Source: Polyangiaceae bacterium (GTDB lineage: Bacteria > Myxococcota_A > Polyangia > Polyangiales > Polyangiaceae). Taken from it: DNA of 40,279 nucleotides. Shown in pieces: positions 8,998-17,725 of the stretch (positions are counted from its first letter, which is position 1; each line of letters opens with the position of its first letter). The notes beneath the pieces were generated by a model. It was not told the origin of the DNA. It worked only from the letters and a program-made list of their open reading frames with translations, and made no database searches. The translations under genes and the position numbers were made by a program. The stretch covers positions 1 through 40,279 of the forward strand of contig JBGAID010000021.1 of assembly GCA_044225865.1 (NCBI GenBank), given 5' to 3'.

Positions 8998-9302
8998 CGC
9001 GCCCCTCGCAGCTTGGCCGTGGGGGAGGCCCAGACCATTTGAAACGCGCGTTGGGCGGCGAGCGCGCGCGCCCCCATCGGTGATGCGCGATAGCGAGGTC
9101 GCGCCATCCCCGAGTGCTGCTCGGGAGAAGGATCACGAAGCACCTCGACGAGGCCTTTTTCCTCCATTCGCCCGAGCGTCACATAGACAGTCCCCCGCTT
9201 GAGGGCGCCCTCCGAGGCGTCGACGAGGGCGAGCCCATACGAGGGGCCACGCTCGATGAGGAGCTCGAGGACGAGCGCTTCTTTCTCCGACAGCTTGGAC
9301 AT
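8994..9302 (-). CDS. PadR family transcriptional regulator.
   Basis: LVLELLIERGPSYGLALVDA...GTVYVTLGRMEEKGLV winged-helix pattern. Confidence 0.7.
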   Translation of the reverse strand: MSKLSEKEALVLELLIERGPSYGLALVDASEGALKRGTVYVTLGRMEEKGLVEVLRDPSPEQHSGMARPRYRASPMGARALAAQRAFQMVWASPTAKLRGAR

Positions 9303-9311
9303 GGCCGAGTC

Positions 9312-10232
9312 TTACTTCTTGTAAGACTCACGCGCAAGCGCCAATCGTGGGTCGGCGCGGAGCCGCTCGACCATGAGCTCGACGAGCGCGCGCGCGCGAT
9401 GGGTCGTCGTCGCGCCGGCGTGGAGCACGTGAATCGGGATGGGAGGGGGCTCCCATTGCGGAAGGAGCACGATGAGACGGCCGCGTTCGATCTCGTCGGC
9501 CACTTGATAGGAGAGCGCCCGAATGACCCCGAGCCCCGCCGCTGCCGCCGCGATGGTCGCGTCCGTGCTGTTCGTCGTGAGCCGGGGCCTGACGACGACG
9601 CGATGAGCTCGCCTCGCCCGTCGAAATGTCCAGCTCGTGCCCGCCGCCGCGGGAGAGAAGGCGACGACGTCGTGGCGGGCGAGATCCTCCGGCCGCGCGG
9701 GCGGCTCGCGGTCCCGCAGGTAGGAGGGCGCCGCGCACACCACGCTCCGGACCATCCCCACCCGCGCTGCCCTCCAGCTCGAGTCGCGAAGATGGGCAAT
9801 GCGCACCGCCACGTCGACGCCCTCCTCCGCGAGATCGACGACGCGATCCAAGTAGCTCGCGCGAAGCGCTACATCGGGGTGAGCACGCAGAAATCGAAGA
9901 ACGATGGGCGCCACATAGAGCCGGCCGAACATGACAGGCGCGGTGAGGAGGATTCCCCCGGAGAGCCTCCCGTCGTCCCCTCGCACCACCGCCACCGAGG
10001 CTTCGACCGCGTGGAGGATCCTCCGCACCTCGACGAGGAATTTCGCGCCTACCTCGGTGAGCGATACGACCCTCGTCGTCCTCCGCACGAGGCGGGCCCC
10101 GAGGTCGGCCTCGAGGGCTTGCAGCGTCCTCGTCACGACGGCAGGAGACTTGCCGAGCCGGCGCGCGGCGGCGGCGAGACCGCCCGCCTCGGCCACGGCA
10201 GCGAACGTCGCGAACGCGTCCAGACGGTCCAT
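9312..10232 (-). CDS. LysR family transcriptional regulator. Start set at ATG 10232 (MDRLDAF...) instead of GTG 10292.
   Basis: MDRLDAFATFAAVAEAGGLAAAARRLGKSPAVVTRTLQALEADLGARL is a canonical LTTR N-terminus. Confidence 0.85.
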   Translation of the reverse strand: MDRLDAFATFAAVAEAGGLAAAARRLGKSPAVVTRTLQALEADLGARLVRRTTRVVSLTEVGAKFLVEVRRILHAVEASVAVVRGDDGRLSGGILLTAPVMFGRLYVAPIVLRFLRAHPDVALRASYLDRVVDLAEEGVDVAVRIAHLRDSSWRAARVGMVRSVVCAAPSYLRDREPPARPEDLARHDVVAFSPAAAGTSWTFRRARRAHRVVVRPRLTTNSTDATIAAAAAGLGVIRALSYQVADEIERGRLIVLLPQWEPPPIPIHVLHAGATTTHRARALVELMVERLRADPRLALARESYKK

Positions 10233-10234
10233 CG

Positions 10235-10259
10235 CATCATTGTGTACGGCGCAATGATG
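10235..10259. promoter_or_regulatory. Inverted repeat CATCATTG-n9-CAATGATG (an ATTG-N9-CAAT, LTTR-box-like dyad) in the LysR/flavoprotein divergent region, 3 nt from the LysR start codon.
   Basis: Read directly. 8-bp perfect arms with a 9-bp spacer. Confidence 0.45.
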
Positions 10260-10312
10260 TTTTGCAGCAAGCACGGATTCTTTCCTTGCCACCGGCGACC
10301 CAAGATGAGGGC

Positions 10313-11251
10313 ATGAGCTCGACCGAAGCCGAAGCGCCGTTTCATGCCGGAGAGATCGCCGTCCAAGAGCGGGCCGGGGCGCGGGAGATCGCCGCCCAAG
10401 TCGGACGCATCATTCGCGACGCGATGCCCGACCAACATCGACTGTTCTTCGCCGAGCTCCCGTATGTCGTGCTCGGCGCGCTCGACGACGCGGGTTACCC
10501 GCGCGCATCGTTCGTCGCGAAGGCGCCCGGCTTCGTCTCCACGCCGGATCCGAGGACGCTCGTCGTGGGGGCGCTGCCCGTCCCGGGCGACCCGGCCCTC
10601 CCTGGGCTCGGAGCGGGGAGCCCGGTCGCGGTGCTCGGGATTCAGCTCCACACCCGGCGCCGCAACCGCGAAAACGGCCTTGTCCTCGACCGATCCGAAG
10701 AGACCCTCACGATCGGCATCGAGCAGAGCTTCGGCAACTGCCCCAAGTACATCGTGCCGCGGAGCGTGATCGGCCCGCGAACGCGGGAGAGGGGCGCCGT
10801 CACCGCCCTGGGGTCGGGCCTCTCCGACGAGGCCGAGCGGATCATTCGCGCCGCTGACACCGCCTTCATCGCGAGCGCGCGGCCCCGCTCGGAGGGGGGC
10901 TCGCTCGACGTCTCTCACCGTGGCGGGGAGCCGGGGTTCGTCCACGTCGAGCGGACGGACCGGGGCACGAGGCTCGTCATGCCCGACTACTCCGGGAACT
11001 ACCTCTTCATGACCCTCGGCAATCTCTACGAGAACCCGCGCGCCGGACTGCTCCTCCTCGACTTCGAGCGGGGCGACGCGCTCTCGATCGCGGCCGAGGC
11101 ACGGATCCTCTGGAACGACGCGCGCGAGGCCGAGACCTGGGGCGCGGAGCGGCGGATCGAGCTCGACGTGGTCGGTGGCATCCTCCTGCCCGGGGCGGTG
11201 CCCTTCACCTGGACCACCCCAACGCCTTCCCGAAGTCGCCCCCGCTCATGA
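10313..11251 (+). CDS. Pyridoxamine-5'-phosphate-oxidase-like (split-barrel, FMN-binding) family protein.
   Basis: N-terminal FHAGEIAVQERAG motif typical of the PNPOx-like family. Divergent from a LysR gene. Confidence 0.5.
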   Translation: MSSTEAEAPFHAGEIAVQERAGAREIAAQVGRIIRDAMPDQHRLFFAELPYVVLGALDDAGYPRASFVAKAPGFVSTPDPRTLVVGALPVPGDPALPGLGAGSPVAVLGIQLHTRRRNRENGLVLDRSEETLTIGIEQSFGNCPKYIVPRSVIGPRTRERGAVTALGSGLSDEAERIIRAADTAFIASARPRSEGGSLDVSHRGGEPGFVHVERTDRGTRLVMPDYSGNYLFMTLGNLYENPRAGLLLLDFERGDALSIAAEARILWNDAREAETWGAERRIELDVVGGILLPGAVPFTWTTPTPSRSRPRS

Positions 11252-11279
11252 GATGGATCGATAGGATTCAGATCTACGC

Positions 11280-12233
11280 ATGAGCAATGTCGAGCTACGT
11301 CGCTCCAATCTGAATCTGCTCCCGGTCCTCGAGGCGCTGCTCGAGACGCGCTCCGTCACGGAGTCGGCGCGTCGACTCCATGTCTCTCAGTCGGCGGTCA
11401 GCCACTCGCTCGCGCGCCTCCGTGAGATGCTCGGCGATTCCTTGCTCATGCCCTCGGGGCGGAGCTTCGTGCTGACCCCGCGCGCGGTGGAGCTGGCCGC
11501 CTCGCTCCCGTTGGCGCTCGACGGGCTGGAGCGGGCCCTGGCTCCGAGCACGCCATTCGAGCCCGCGTCGACGCAGCGGACATTCCGGATCGCCACCCTC
11601 GACTACTTCGAGCTGGTCCTGATCGGCGAGCTGCTCGCGACGATGCGCTTGCGGGCGCCTCGCGCGAAGGTCGTCGTCGACCGCATCTCCCCGGGCACCA
11701 TTCCCGCCCTGCTCGCGGGGGACATCGACCTCGCCCTCGTCGGCGAGACCAGCCTCCCCCGGCACCCCTTGCTCGAGCGGCGGCCCCTCTACGAGGAGCC
11801 GTTCGCGGTGATGATGCGAAGGGGCCACCCCGCCGCGAAGCGAGGCCGCGTTTCCCTCCACGACTATCTGGCCTATCCCCACGTCGTCGTGACGGTCGAA
11901 GGCAGGCTCGACGGGGCCGTCGACCGGGCGCTCGAGCGACACAAAGTGCGCCGTGAGGTGGCCCTCCGCGTGCCTCACTTCGCGACCGCTCCCCTCGCCG
12001 TTGCCGCCAGCGACGCCATTTGCACCATCGCGAGTCGAGTCGCCCATCGAGCGCAGGAGCTCTATCCGGTCGTCGTCAGGAAGCCGCCCATCGCCCTGCC
12101 GAGCCCGACGATCTGCGCCGTGTGGTCGAGGCGGGCCGCTGAAGACCCAGCCGCGAGCTGGTTTCGCGGCCTGTTCCTGGATCCTTCGGGGCCTCTGCGC
12201 GTCCCCGACGTCCCGCGAGCGCGGCGGCGGTGA
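11280..12233 (+). CDS. LysR family transcriptional regulator.
   Basis: LNLLPVLEALLETRSVTESARRLHVSQSAVSHSLARLRE HTH. Confidence 0.85.
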   Translation: MSNVELRRSNLNLLPVLEALLETRSVTESARRLHVSQSAVSHSLARLREMLGDSLLMPSGRSFVLTPRAVELAASLPLALDGLERALAPSTPFEPASTQRTFRIATLDYFELVLIGELLATMRLRAPRAKVVVDRISPGTIPALLAGDIDLALVGETSLPRHPLLERRPLYEEPFAVMMRRGHPAAKRGRVSLHDYLAYPHVVVTVEGRLDGAVDRALERHKVRREVALRVPHFATAPLAVAASDAICTIASRVAHRAQELYPVVVRKPPIALPSPTICAVWSRRAAEDPAASWFRGLFLDPSGPLRVPDVPRARRR

Positions 12234-12256
12234 GTTGACGGCGTCGGCGCGGCGTG

Positions 12257-12288
12257 CAATATGGTTAACCGACTCGTTAACCATATTG
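12257..12288. promoter_or_regulatory. Perfect AT-rich palindrome CAATATGGTTAAC-cgactc-GTTAACCATATTG upstream of the VOC-ArsR-SRPBCC operon. Candidate ArsR operator.
   Basis: 13-bp perfect arms with a 6-bp spacer. Conspicuously AT-rich for this genome. Lies in the 89-nt gap before the VOC gene. Confidence 0.5.
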
Positions 12289-12322
12289 GGCGCGCGAGCG
12301 CAGCGCCCCAGAGGAGCCCACC

Positions 12323-12784
12323 ATGAAGCCGACTCCCCCCGGATGGCCGCGGCTGTCCCAGTCCGTCTATTACCGCGACCCCGCCAAGGGGATCGATTGG
12401 CTCTGTCACGCCTTCGGGTTCGAGGTGCGCCTCAAGGTCGAGCACGACGGCGCCGGGATCGTCCACTCCGAGCTGACCTTTGGCGAAGGGCTCGTCATGG
12501 TGGGCGGCACCGGGCGAACGGACGCCGGGAAGGCCGCATGGCAGGCCCTCCAGAAGAGCCCTTTGGATCTGGAGGGCGCGAACACCCAATCGATCTGTAT
12601 CTTCGTCGACGACGTCGACGCTCACTGCGAGCGCGCCCGCGCCGCCGGCGCCACGATCCTTCGAGAGCCCGAGACGACCGACTACGGAGACGACTATTGG
12701 ACCGACCGCTCGTATGGCTGCCTCGATCCGGAAGGCCACCTTTGGTGGTTCATGCAGCGGCTCCGCAACGGCCCCCCGCGATGA
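12323..12784 (+). CDS. VOC (glyoxalase/bleomycin-resistance/PhnB-like) family protein.
   Basis: VYYRDPAKGIDWLCHAFGFEV ... LDPEGHLWWFMQ fold pattern. Confidence 0.7.
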   Translation: MKPTPPGWPRLSQSVYYRDPAKGIDWLCHAFGFEVRLKVEHDGAGIVHSELTFGEGLVMVGGTGRTDAGKAAWQALQKSPLDLEGANTQSICIFVDDVDAHCERARAAGATILREPETTDYGDDYWTDRSYGCLDPEGHLWWFMQRLRNGPPR

Positions 12785-13164
12785 GCCCTCGGCGTAGCCC
12801 GCTCGACCTGGGCGCCATCTTCTCCGCCCTCGCCGACACCACGCGACGAGACGCGGTCGCCCTGCTCGGCAAGGGTCCGCGCCGGGCGAGCGATCTCGCC
12901 GAGCACCTCGGGGCGAGCCGTCCGGGGATGAGCCGTCACCTGCGCGTCCTCCGCGAGGCTCGGATTGTCCGGGAGGAGGCGGACGGCAGCGACGGGCGCG
13001 CTCACGTGCTCGTCCTCGATCCGGCGGCGTTCGCCTGCGTGCGAAGCTACCTGGACGAGGTCGAGGGCTTCTGGCCGGATCAGCTCGAAGCGTTCAAAGA
13101 AGCGGCCGAGGCTCGGGCCCGTGAGGTCGCGGCCGCGCCGAAGCGAAAGAAGAAGGCCTCTTGA
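12781..13164 (+). CDS. ArsR/SmtB family transcriptional regulator. The ATG overlaps the VOC stop (ATGA).
   Basis: DTTRRDAVALLGKGPRRASDLAEHLGASRPGMSRHLRVLREARIV. Confidence 0.8.
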   Translation: MSPRRSPLDLGAIFSALADTTRRDAVALLGKGPRRASDLAEHLGASRPGMSRHLRVLREARIVREEADGSDGRAHVLVLDPAAFACVRSYLDEVEGFWPDQLEAFKEAAEARAREVAAAPKRKKKAS

Positions 13165-13177
13165 GCGGAGGAGGAAG

Positions 13178-13699
13178 GTGACCGTGCACGATCGGGCAAA
13201 GGTGACGATCCGCGTGGCCGCACCCCGTGAGATCGCGTTCGAGGTGTTCACCGCGGAGATCGACGGTTGGTGGCGGCACGGGCGGAAATACCGCTGCGCC
13301 GAGCCGAGCACGATGGCGCTGGAGCCTCGCGCGGGGGGGCGATTGACAGAGACCTTCGAGGCCGGCGGCAAGGTCACCCGCCGCACCATCGGCGAGGTGC
13401 TCGATTGGTCGCCTCCGAAGCGGCTCATTTTCACCTGGCGCGCCGCGAACTTCGAAGAAGCGGATCCCTCCACCGTGGTGGAGGTTACGTTCGAGCGCGC
13501 CATTGGTCACTCCGGCGAGGGCACCCTCGTCACCCTCGAGCATCGAGACTGGAGCCGGGTTCGCCCCGATCACCCCGCTCGCCACGGACAAGCGCCCGAT
13601 GCCTTCCTCTCCGCCACCGGCCGTTGGTGGGGAGACCTCCTCACCGCTCTCCGCGAGAGACTGGCGATGAGGTCTACTGGCGCAGCTCCCGGCGAATGA
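13178..13699 (+). CDS. SRPBCC (AHSA1/Aha1-like) family protein. GTG start after a GGAGGAGGAAGG ribosome-binding site.
   Basis: GWWRHG..., LIFTWR, GTLVTLEH motifs. Typical partner of ArsR regulators. Confidence 0.7.
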   Translation: MTVHDRAKVTIRVAAPREIAFEVFTAEIDGWWRHGRKYRCAEPSTMALEPRAGGRLTETFEAGGKVTRRTIGEVLDWSPPKRLIFTWRAANFEEADPSTVVEVTFERAIGHSGEGTLVTLEHRDWSRVRPDHPARHGQAPDAFLSATGRWWGDLLTALRERLAMRSTGAAPGE

Positions 13700-14084
13700 C
13701 GAGGCGAAGCCCCGACCAGACCTCGTCGATCGCGCACACCTTGTTGTCTACGAGCCCGGTCGGGAGCGCCACCTCCCGCACCACGTCCTCCGTGACGTCC
13801 GTCTCGACCTTGGAGGCTCGCTTCGGCCAAGCGATCCAGAGGCTCCCCGTTTGCGCCATCTTCGGCCGCAGGGTCGCGATCTTTCGCTCGAGATCGGCCC
13901 GCCGAGTCAGGAACACGACGATGACGTCGATGGGGCCCTTTTCGCGAGCGGACGCCCATCGAACCTCGTCCGGCCCGAGCCCCAGGCCCTGGGCGAAACC
14001 CTCTGGGCCGTTCACGACCGAGAGCAGTTGTCCCTCTCTGATGCCGAGCTTCTTGACGAGAGGCGTGGTCGAATAACCTGCCAT
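13674..14084 (-). CDS. DUF3052 family protein.
   Basis: MAGYSTTPLVKKLGIREG ... LWIAWPKRASKVETDVTEDVVREVALPTGLVDNKVCAIDEVWSGLRL matches the remembered DUF3052 pattern. Confidence 0.55.
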   Translation of the reverse strand: MAGYSTTPLVKKLGIREGQLLSVVNGPEGFAQGLGLGPDEVRWASAREKGPIDVIVVFLTRRADLERKIATLRPKMAQTGSLWIAWPKRASKVETDVTEDVVREVALPTGLVDNKVCAIDEVWSGLRLVIRRELRQ

Positions 14085-14095
14085 GTGCGCCCCTC

Positions 14096-14881
14096 TCAAC
14101 GGCCGGTGAAGGTCGCCTCGCGCCTCTCGACGAAGCTCGCGAGGCCCTCGCTCGCGTCTTGGCTTCCGAGGATGGGCGGCAGCGCAGATCGCAAATGATC
14201 GACCGCTGCGGCCGGGCCGTGGCTGCGCGCGATGCGCGCGTTCGCGAGGGTCGCTTGCACCCCGAGCGGGGCCTGCTTCGCGACGATGGTGGCGATCTCG
14301 CGGGCCCGCTCGACGTGGCGGCCCTTCTCCACCACCTCCTGGACGAGCCCGATCCGGAGCGCCTCGCGCGCGCCAAACTCCTCACCCGTGAGCAGGAAGC
14401 GCATCGCGTTCCCCCAACCGAGCTGGGCGGGCGCGCGGAACGTCGCGCCCCCGAATGGCATGATCCCGCGCCCGATCTCCAATTGGCGAAAGCGGACGTC
14501 TTCGGCCGCGATCACGATATCGGAGGCGAGGGCGAGCTCGATCGAGAGGGTGAAGGCAATCCCGGCCACGGCCATGACCACCGGCTTCGGCACGAGGGGC
14601 CCCCAAACCCCGAAGGGATCATAGACACGCCCTCCCGCGAGCGTCTCGGGGCCCGACGACGCGACGCGAGGCCCGACGACGGCGAGATCCAGCCCGGCGC
14701 TGAAGTGGTCGCCGTGGCCGAACAGCACGCCGCAACGAAGCTCCGGGTCGGTGCCGAGGGTCTCGTAGGCGGCCGCGAGCGCCTCGATCGTCTCCAAATC
14801 GAAGGCATTGCGCTTCTCGGGCCGATTGACCCCGATCAGGAGCACGTGCCCCTCTCTCTCGACCGTGATTCGCACTGTCAT
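14096..14881 (-). CDS. Enoyl-CoA hydratase/isomerase (crotonase) family protein.
   Basis: LIGVNRPEKRNAFDLETIEALAAAYE ... GHGDHFSAGLDL ... crotonase fold motifs. Confidence 0.85.
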   Translation of the reverse strand: MTVRITVEREGHVLLIGVNRPEKRNAFDLETIEALAAAYETLGTDPELRCGVLFGHGDHFSAGLDLAVVGPRVASSGPETLAGGRVYDPFGVWGPLVPKPVVMAVAGIAFTLSIELALASDIVIAAEDVRFRQLEIGRGIMPFGGATFRAPAQLGWGNAMRFLLTGEEFGAREALRIGLVQEVVEKGRHVERAREIATIVAKQAPLGVQATLANARIARSHGPAAAVDHLRSALPPILGSQDASEGLASFVERREATFTGR

Positions 14882-14929
14882 GTTCGCGTCGTCCGCTACG
14901 GACGAGCGGGCGTCAATGCGGCTTCTCCT

Positions 14930-16795
14930 TCACAGAGGGGGGGATTCGCCCCCCCGAAGGCGCCTCGCGACCGCCCAGTGCTCCTCCCCGCCCCTCCGCG
15001 GCGCGGGCAGGGCGGAGAGGAAAGCGCCAATCGCCTCCGCGACCGCGTCGGCGTGGGTCAAATGCGGATTGTGGCCCGCCCCCGGGATGGTCACGACGTT
15101 CTTCACGGCGGGCGGGCACCGGATGGGCTCCGCCTCGGCGTGGATCACCAGGATTGGGATCCGTCGCTCGACCACGCGGCTGAGCGCGCCTCGCAAGGCC
15201 ACGCGCGCCTTGGGAGACGCGGCCCGCGCGAGGGCGCGGGCGATCCGGAGGGGAGCCCCTCGGCGGCGCATCGCCGAGAGGGCGGCGTCGATCGCACGCC
15301 CCGCCTCATCGAGCGCAGGCCCGCTCGCCTCGGATAGGAATCGCCGAACGAACGCCGGCCGATCGATCCGGGCGAGCACGGGGGCGACGATCCGCGGCAT
15401 TCGCAGCAGCCAGGGGGCGGGACCAGCGAGGAACGCCGGCGCTATCAAAATCAGAGCGCGAACCTCGTCCGGGCGGGCATCCGCGTGGGCGACCGCGAGG
15501 CCCGCCCCGAGCGAGTGCCCGACGAGCACCGCCGGCTCGCGGCGGCGCCGCAACACCTTCGAGAGCCAGTCGGTGTCTTCGTCGCTCGCGTGGACCGCGG
15601 ACGACCTACCCATGCCCGGCAAATCGATGCTCGCCGTCGCCGCCCCCAGCCGCGACGCAACGGGAGCCATCGCCTCGCCGTCGAACGGGACGCCGTGCAG
15701 GGCGACGAGCTCGGAGGTCTCGAGCGGCCCCGCGACGAAGATGCCGCCGTGCGTCCTACCGCGCACCGCCCCTGGCACCCGCCCGAAGTAGGTCGACGCG
15801 AGCCCGTCGCACGCCCGCGGGAAGGCCTCTTCGAAGCGGGAGAGCTCAATCCCCTCCGAAGCGGCGAGCGCCTCGGTGCGGCGGGTGTCGTAGCGGTCTT
15901 CGACGAGAAAGCCGAGGCTCTCCGCGTCGACGCCGGTGAGCACCTTCGGCAGCGCGGCGACGAGCCCGACGGGGAGACGCCGAGAGGGAAGCCCGACTTG
16001 CCAATGCGCCGCCGCCGCGCCGAGGAGCTCCGGGAGGGTGGGCGTGCCCGGGTCGAGCACTACCAAATCCTCGCCCGCGCTCTCCTGTCGAAAGGGGACC
16101 GTCGCGAGGATCTCGGCGAGCGTGTCGACCGGGACGATCGGCACGGTCTCGCGGCCCGTCCCGACCTGAGCCAGGAGTCGCCCCTCGAAGAGCCGCCCCA
16201 GCGTCTCGCCGAGCCCTATCGTCTGAATCGTCTCTCCTGTCCGCGAGTCCCCTATCACCGCGCTCGGGTGCACCGCCGTCCACGGCATCGACCGGCCCGA
16301 CATCTCGTCGCGAAACAGCCGATAGGCGGCGTGCTTCGATCGCTCGTACGCGCCGTCTCCGCCTCTCGCGGGCCGGGTCATCCGATAGCCACCCACGAAC
16401 ACGAAGCGCTCCAGGCGGGGGAGCTCCGCCGCCCACGCGATCACGTTCCGCGTCCCCTCTACGTTGGCGGCTCCGGCCTCGCGCCGATCCATCCCGAAGG
16501 CGAACTTCGCGGCGAGGTGAATGACCACCCGCACCGCCCTCGGGTCGAGGGCGAGCCCCAACCCCGGCCTCTCGATATCCCCGTCCACGACCAGGACGCG
16601 CTCCGGGTCGCCCCCGATCCGGGCCACGAAGGCGCGGAGCTCGGCCTCGCGCCGCGCCCCCCCGCGGACCAGCGCGACGACGGTGTGGTGGCGACGGGAG
16701 AGGGCGGCGAGCGTCCATCGACCGATGAAGCCGGTGGCGCCCGTCACGAGCACGGCGGCGGCGGAGAGGTCGGCAGTGCGTTTCATGCCGACCAT
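14930..16795 (-). CDS. Fusion protein: N-terminal thioester/fatty-acyl reductase (NAD_binding_4, TD-like SDR) plus C-terminal alpha/beta hydrolase.
   Basis: VLVTGATGFIGRW, YERSKHAAYRL (YxxxK), and a TD-like region. C-terminal VLVGHSLGAGLAVAHA GxSxG elbow. Confidence 0.7.
   Translation of the reverse strand: MVGMKRTADLSAAAVLVTGATGFIGRWTLAALSRRHHTVVALVRGGARREAELRAFVARIGGDPERVLVVDGDIERPGLGLALDPRAVRVVIHLAAKFAFGMDRREAGAANVEGTRNVIAWAAELPRLERFVFVGGYRMTRPARGGDGAYERSKHAAYRLFRDEMSGRSMPWTAVHPSAVIGDSRTGETIQTIGLGETLGRLFEGRLLAQVGTGRETVPIVPVDTLAEILATVPFRQESAGEDLVVLDPGTPTLPELLGAAAAHWQVGLPSRRLPVGLVAALPKVLTGVDAESLGFLVEDRYDTRRTEALAASEGIELSRFEEAFPRACDGLASTYFGRVPGAVRGRTHGGIFVAGPLETSELVALHGVPFDGEAMAPVASRLGAATASIDLPGMGRSSAVHASDEDTDWLSKVLRRRREPAVLVGHSLGAGLAVAHADARPDEVRALILIAPAFLAGPAPWLLRMPRIVAPVLARIDRPAFVRRFLSEASGPALDEAGRAIDAALSAMRRRGAPLRIARALARAASPKARVALRGALSRVVERRIPILVIHAEAEPIRCPPAVKNVVTIPGAGHNPHLTHADAVAEAIGAFLSALPAPRRGGEEHWAVARRLRGGESPPL
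14937..14955 (-). terminator. GGGGGGG-ATTCG-CCCCCCC hairpin immediately after the stop of the reductase-hydrolase gene. Related to the hairpin repeats at the window start.
   Basis: Read directly. 7-bp G/C stem with a 5-nt loop, sitting between two co-directional genes. Confidence 0.45.
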
Positions 16796-16833
16796 CCTGC
16801 GACCGGCCCATCATGAGCGAAATTGAATCGTTT

Positions 16834-17634
16834 TCATGGCTCGCATGACTCATCTCGCACATTGCTGGCCCGGATCGCGGCGACGAGCCAGGCCGTGAGC
16901 CCCGCTCCATGGCGATCGATGTTCTCCCGAAAGCGCGCGTCCGCCTCGTACATGTCGGCGAGGCCGCGGTGCATCTGCCGGGAGCACGGATAGAACCAGC
17001 GATCGATCGACAGCCGATGCCGCTCGGCGAGCTTCGTCCCTTCGGCGCCAGCGGGAGGCGTGCCGTCGAGCATGAGCGCCGCCGCGTCCGCCATGATCGC
17101 GTCCGCCTCCATCCTGTAGCGCTCCCAATCCGCCTTCGTGTACCGGCTCGTTCGGCGCTTGGACTCCTCGTACGCCTCGGTCTCGCCCCAGCGCGACTTG
17201 GCCTCCGCCTCGTAGCGAGATGGCTCGAATCCGTCGAACAGCGCCTTCACTTCCTCGTCGCTCATTCCGATGGTCATGCTCGTCTCTCCTTCTTTCTGCA
17301 GCGCGAGGAGCGCCGCCTCGACCGACCGCAACATCGCCGCCGTCCGCTCCGCGCGCGCCAAGAGCTCGCGCCGCTGCCCCTCCAACGCGCCCCGCCTGTC
17401 GTAGCTCGGGTCATCCAAGGATCGTTTGATCGCTTCGAGCGGCATCCCGAGCTCACGCCCCACGAGGATTTGCTGGAGGAGGAGGAGGTCCTCTTCGCGA
17501 TAAAGCCGATAGCCGCTCTTCGAGCGGGCCGAAGGTACGAGCAGCCCCACCTCGTGATAGTGGTGCAGCGTCCGAATGGAGACGCGGGCGAGCTCGGCGA
17601 CCTCGTTGACCCGGAGCATTTTGCGACTCGTCAT
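16834..17634 (-). CDS. MerR family transcriptional regulator with a TipAS-like C-terminal domain. An alternative start at 17619 is possible.
   Basis: MLRVNEVAELARVSIRTLHHYHEVGLLVPSARSKSGYRLYREEDL. Confidence 0.8.
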   Translation of the reverse strand: MTSRKMLRVNEVAELARVSIRTLHHYHEVGLLVPSARSKSGYRLYREEDLLLLQQILVGRELGMPLEAIKRSLDDPSYDRRGALEGQRRELLARAERTAAMLRSVEAALLALQKEGETSMTIGMSDEEVKALFDGFEPSRYEAEAKSRWGETEAYEESKRRTSRYTKADWERYRMEADAIMADAAALMLDGTPPAGAEGTKLAERHRLSIDRWFYPCSRQMHRGLADMYEADARFRENIDRHGAGLTAWLVAAIRASNVRDESCEP

Positions 17635-17666
17635 GTCGGGGACGCTACGGCCTCCCGTCGCGTGAG

Positions 17667-17724
17667 GGTCAAGGACATTTGCTGCCCCACGCGCCTTGAC
17701 CATCAATGCGCCATGATGTATCTA
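17667..17724 (+). promoter_or_regulatory. Divergent MerR/ArsR promoter region: dyad GGTCAAGG-n19-CCTTGACC, then CATCA-n8-TGATG lying between a TTGACC and a TATCTA spaced 17 nt apart.
   Basis: Read directly. The -10-like hexamer ends 1 nt before the annotated ArsR ATG, so the transcript may be leaderless or the true start may be GTG 17732. Confidence 0.35.
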
Positions 17725-17725
17725 C

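Noticed and set aside
7700-9136. 478-aa minus-strand ORF, and the 9114-10316 plus-strand ORF
   Set aside because: Arg-rich low-complexity translations antisense to the SDR, membrane protein, PadR and LysR genes. No motifs.
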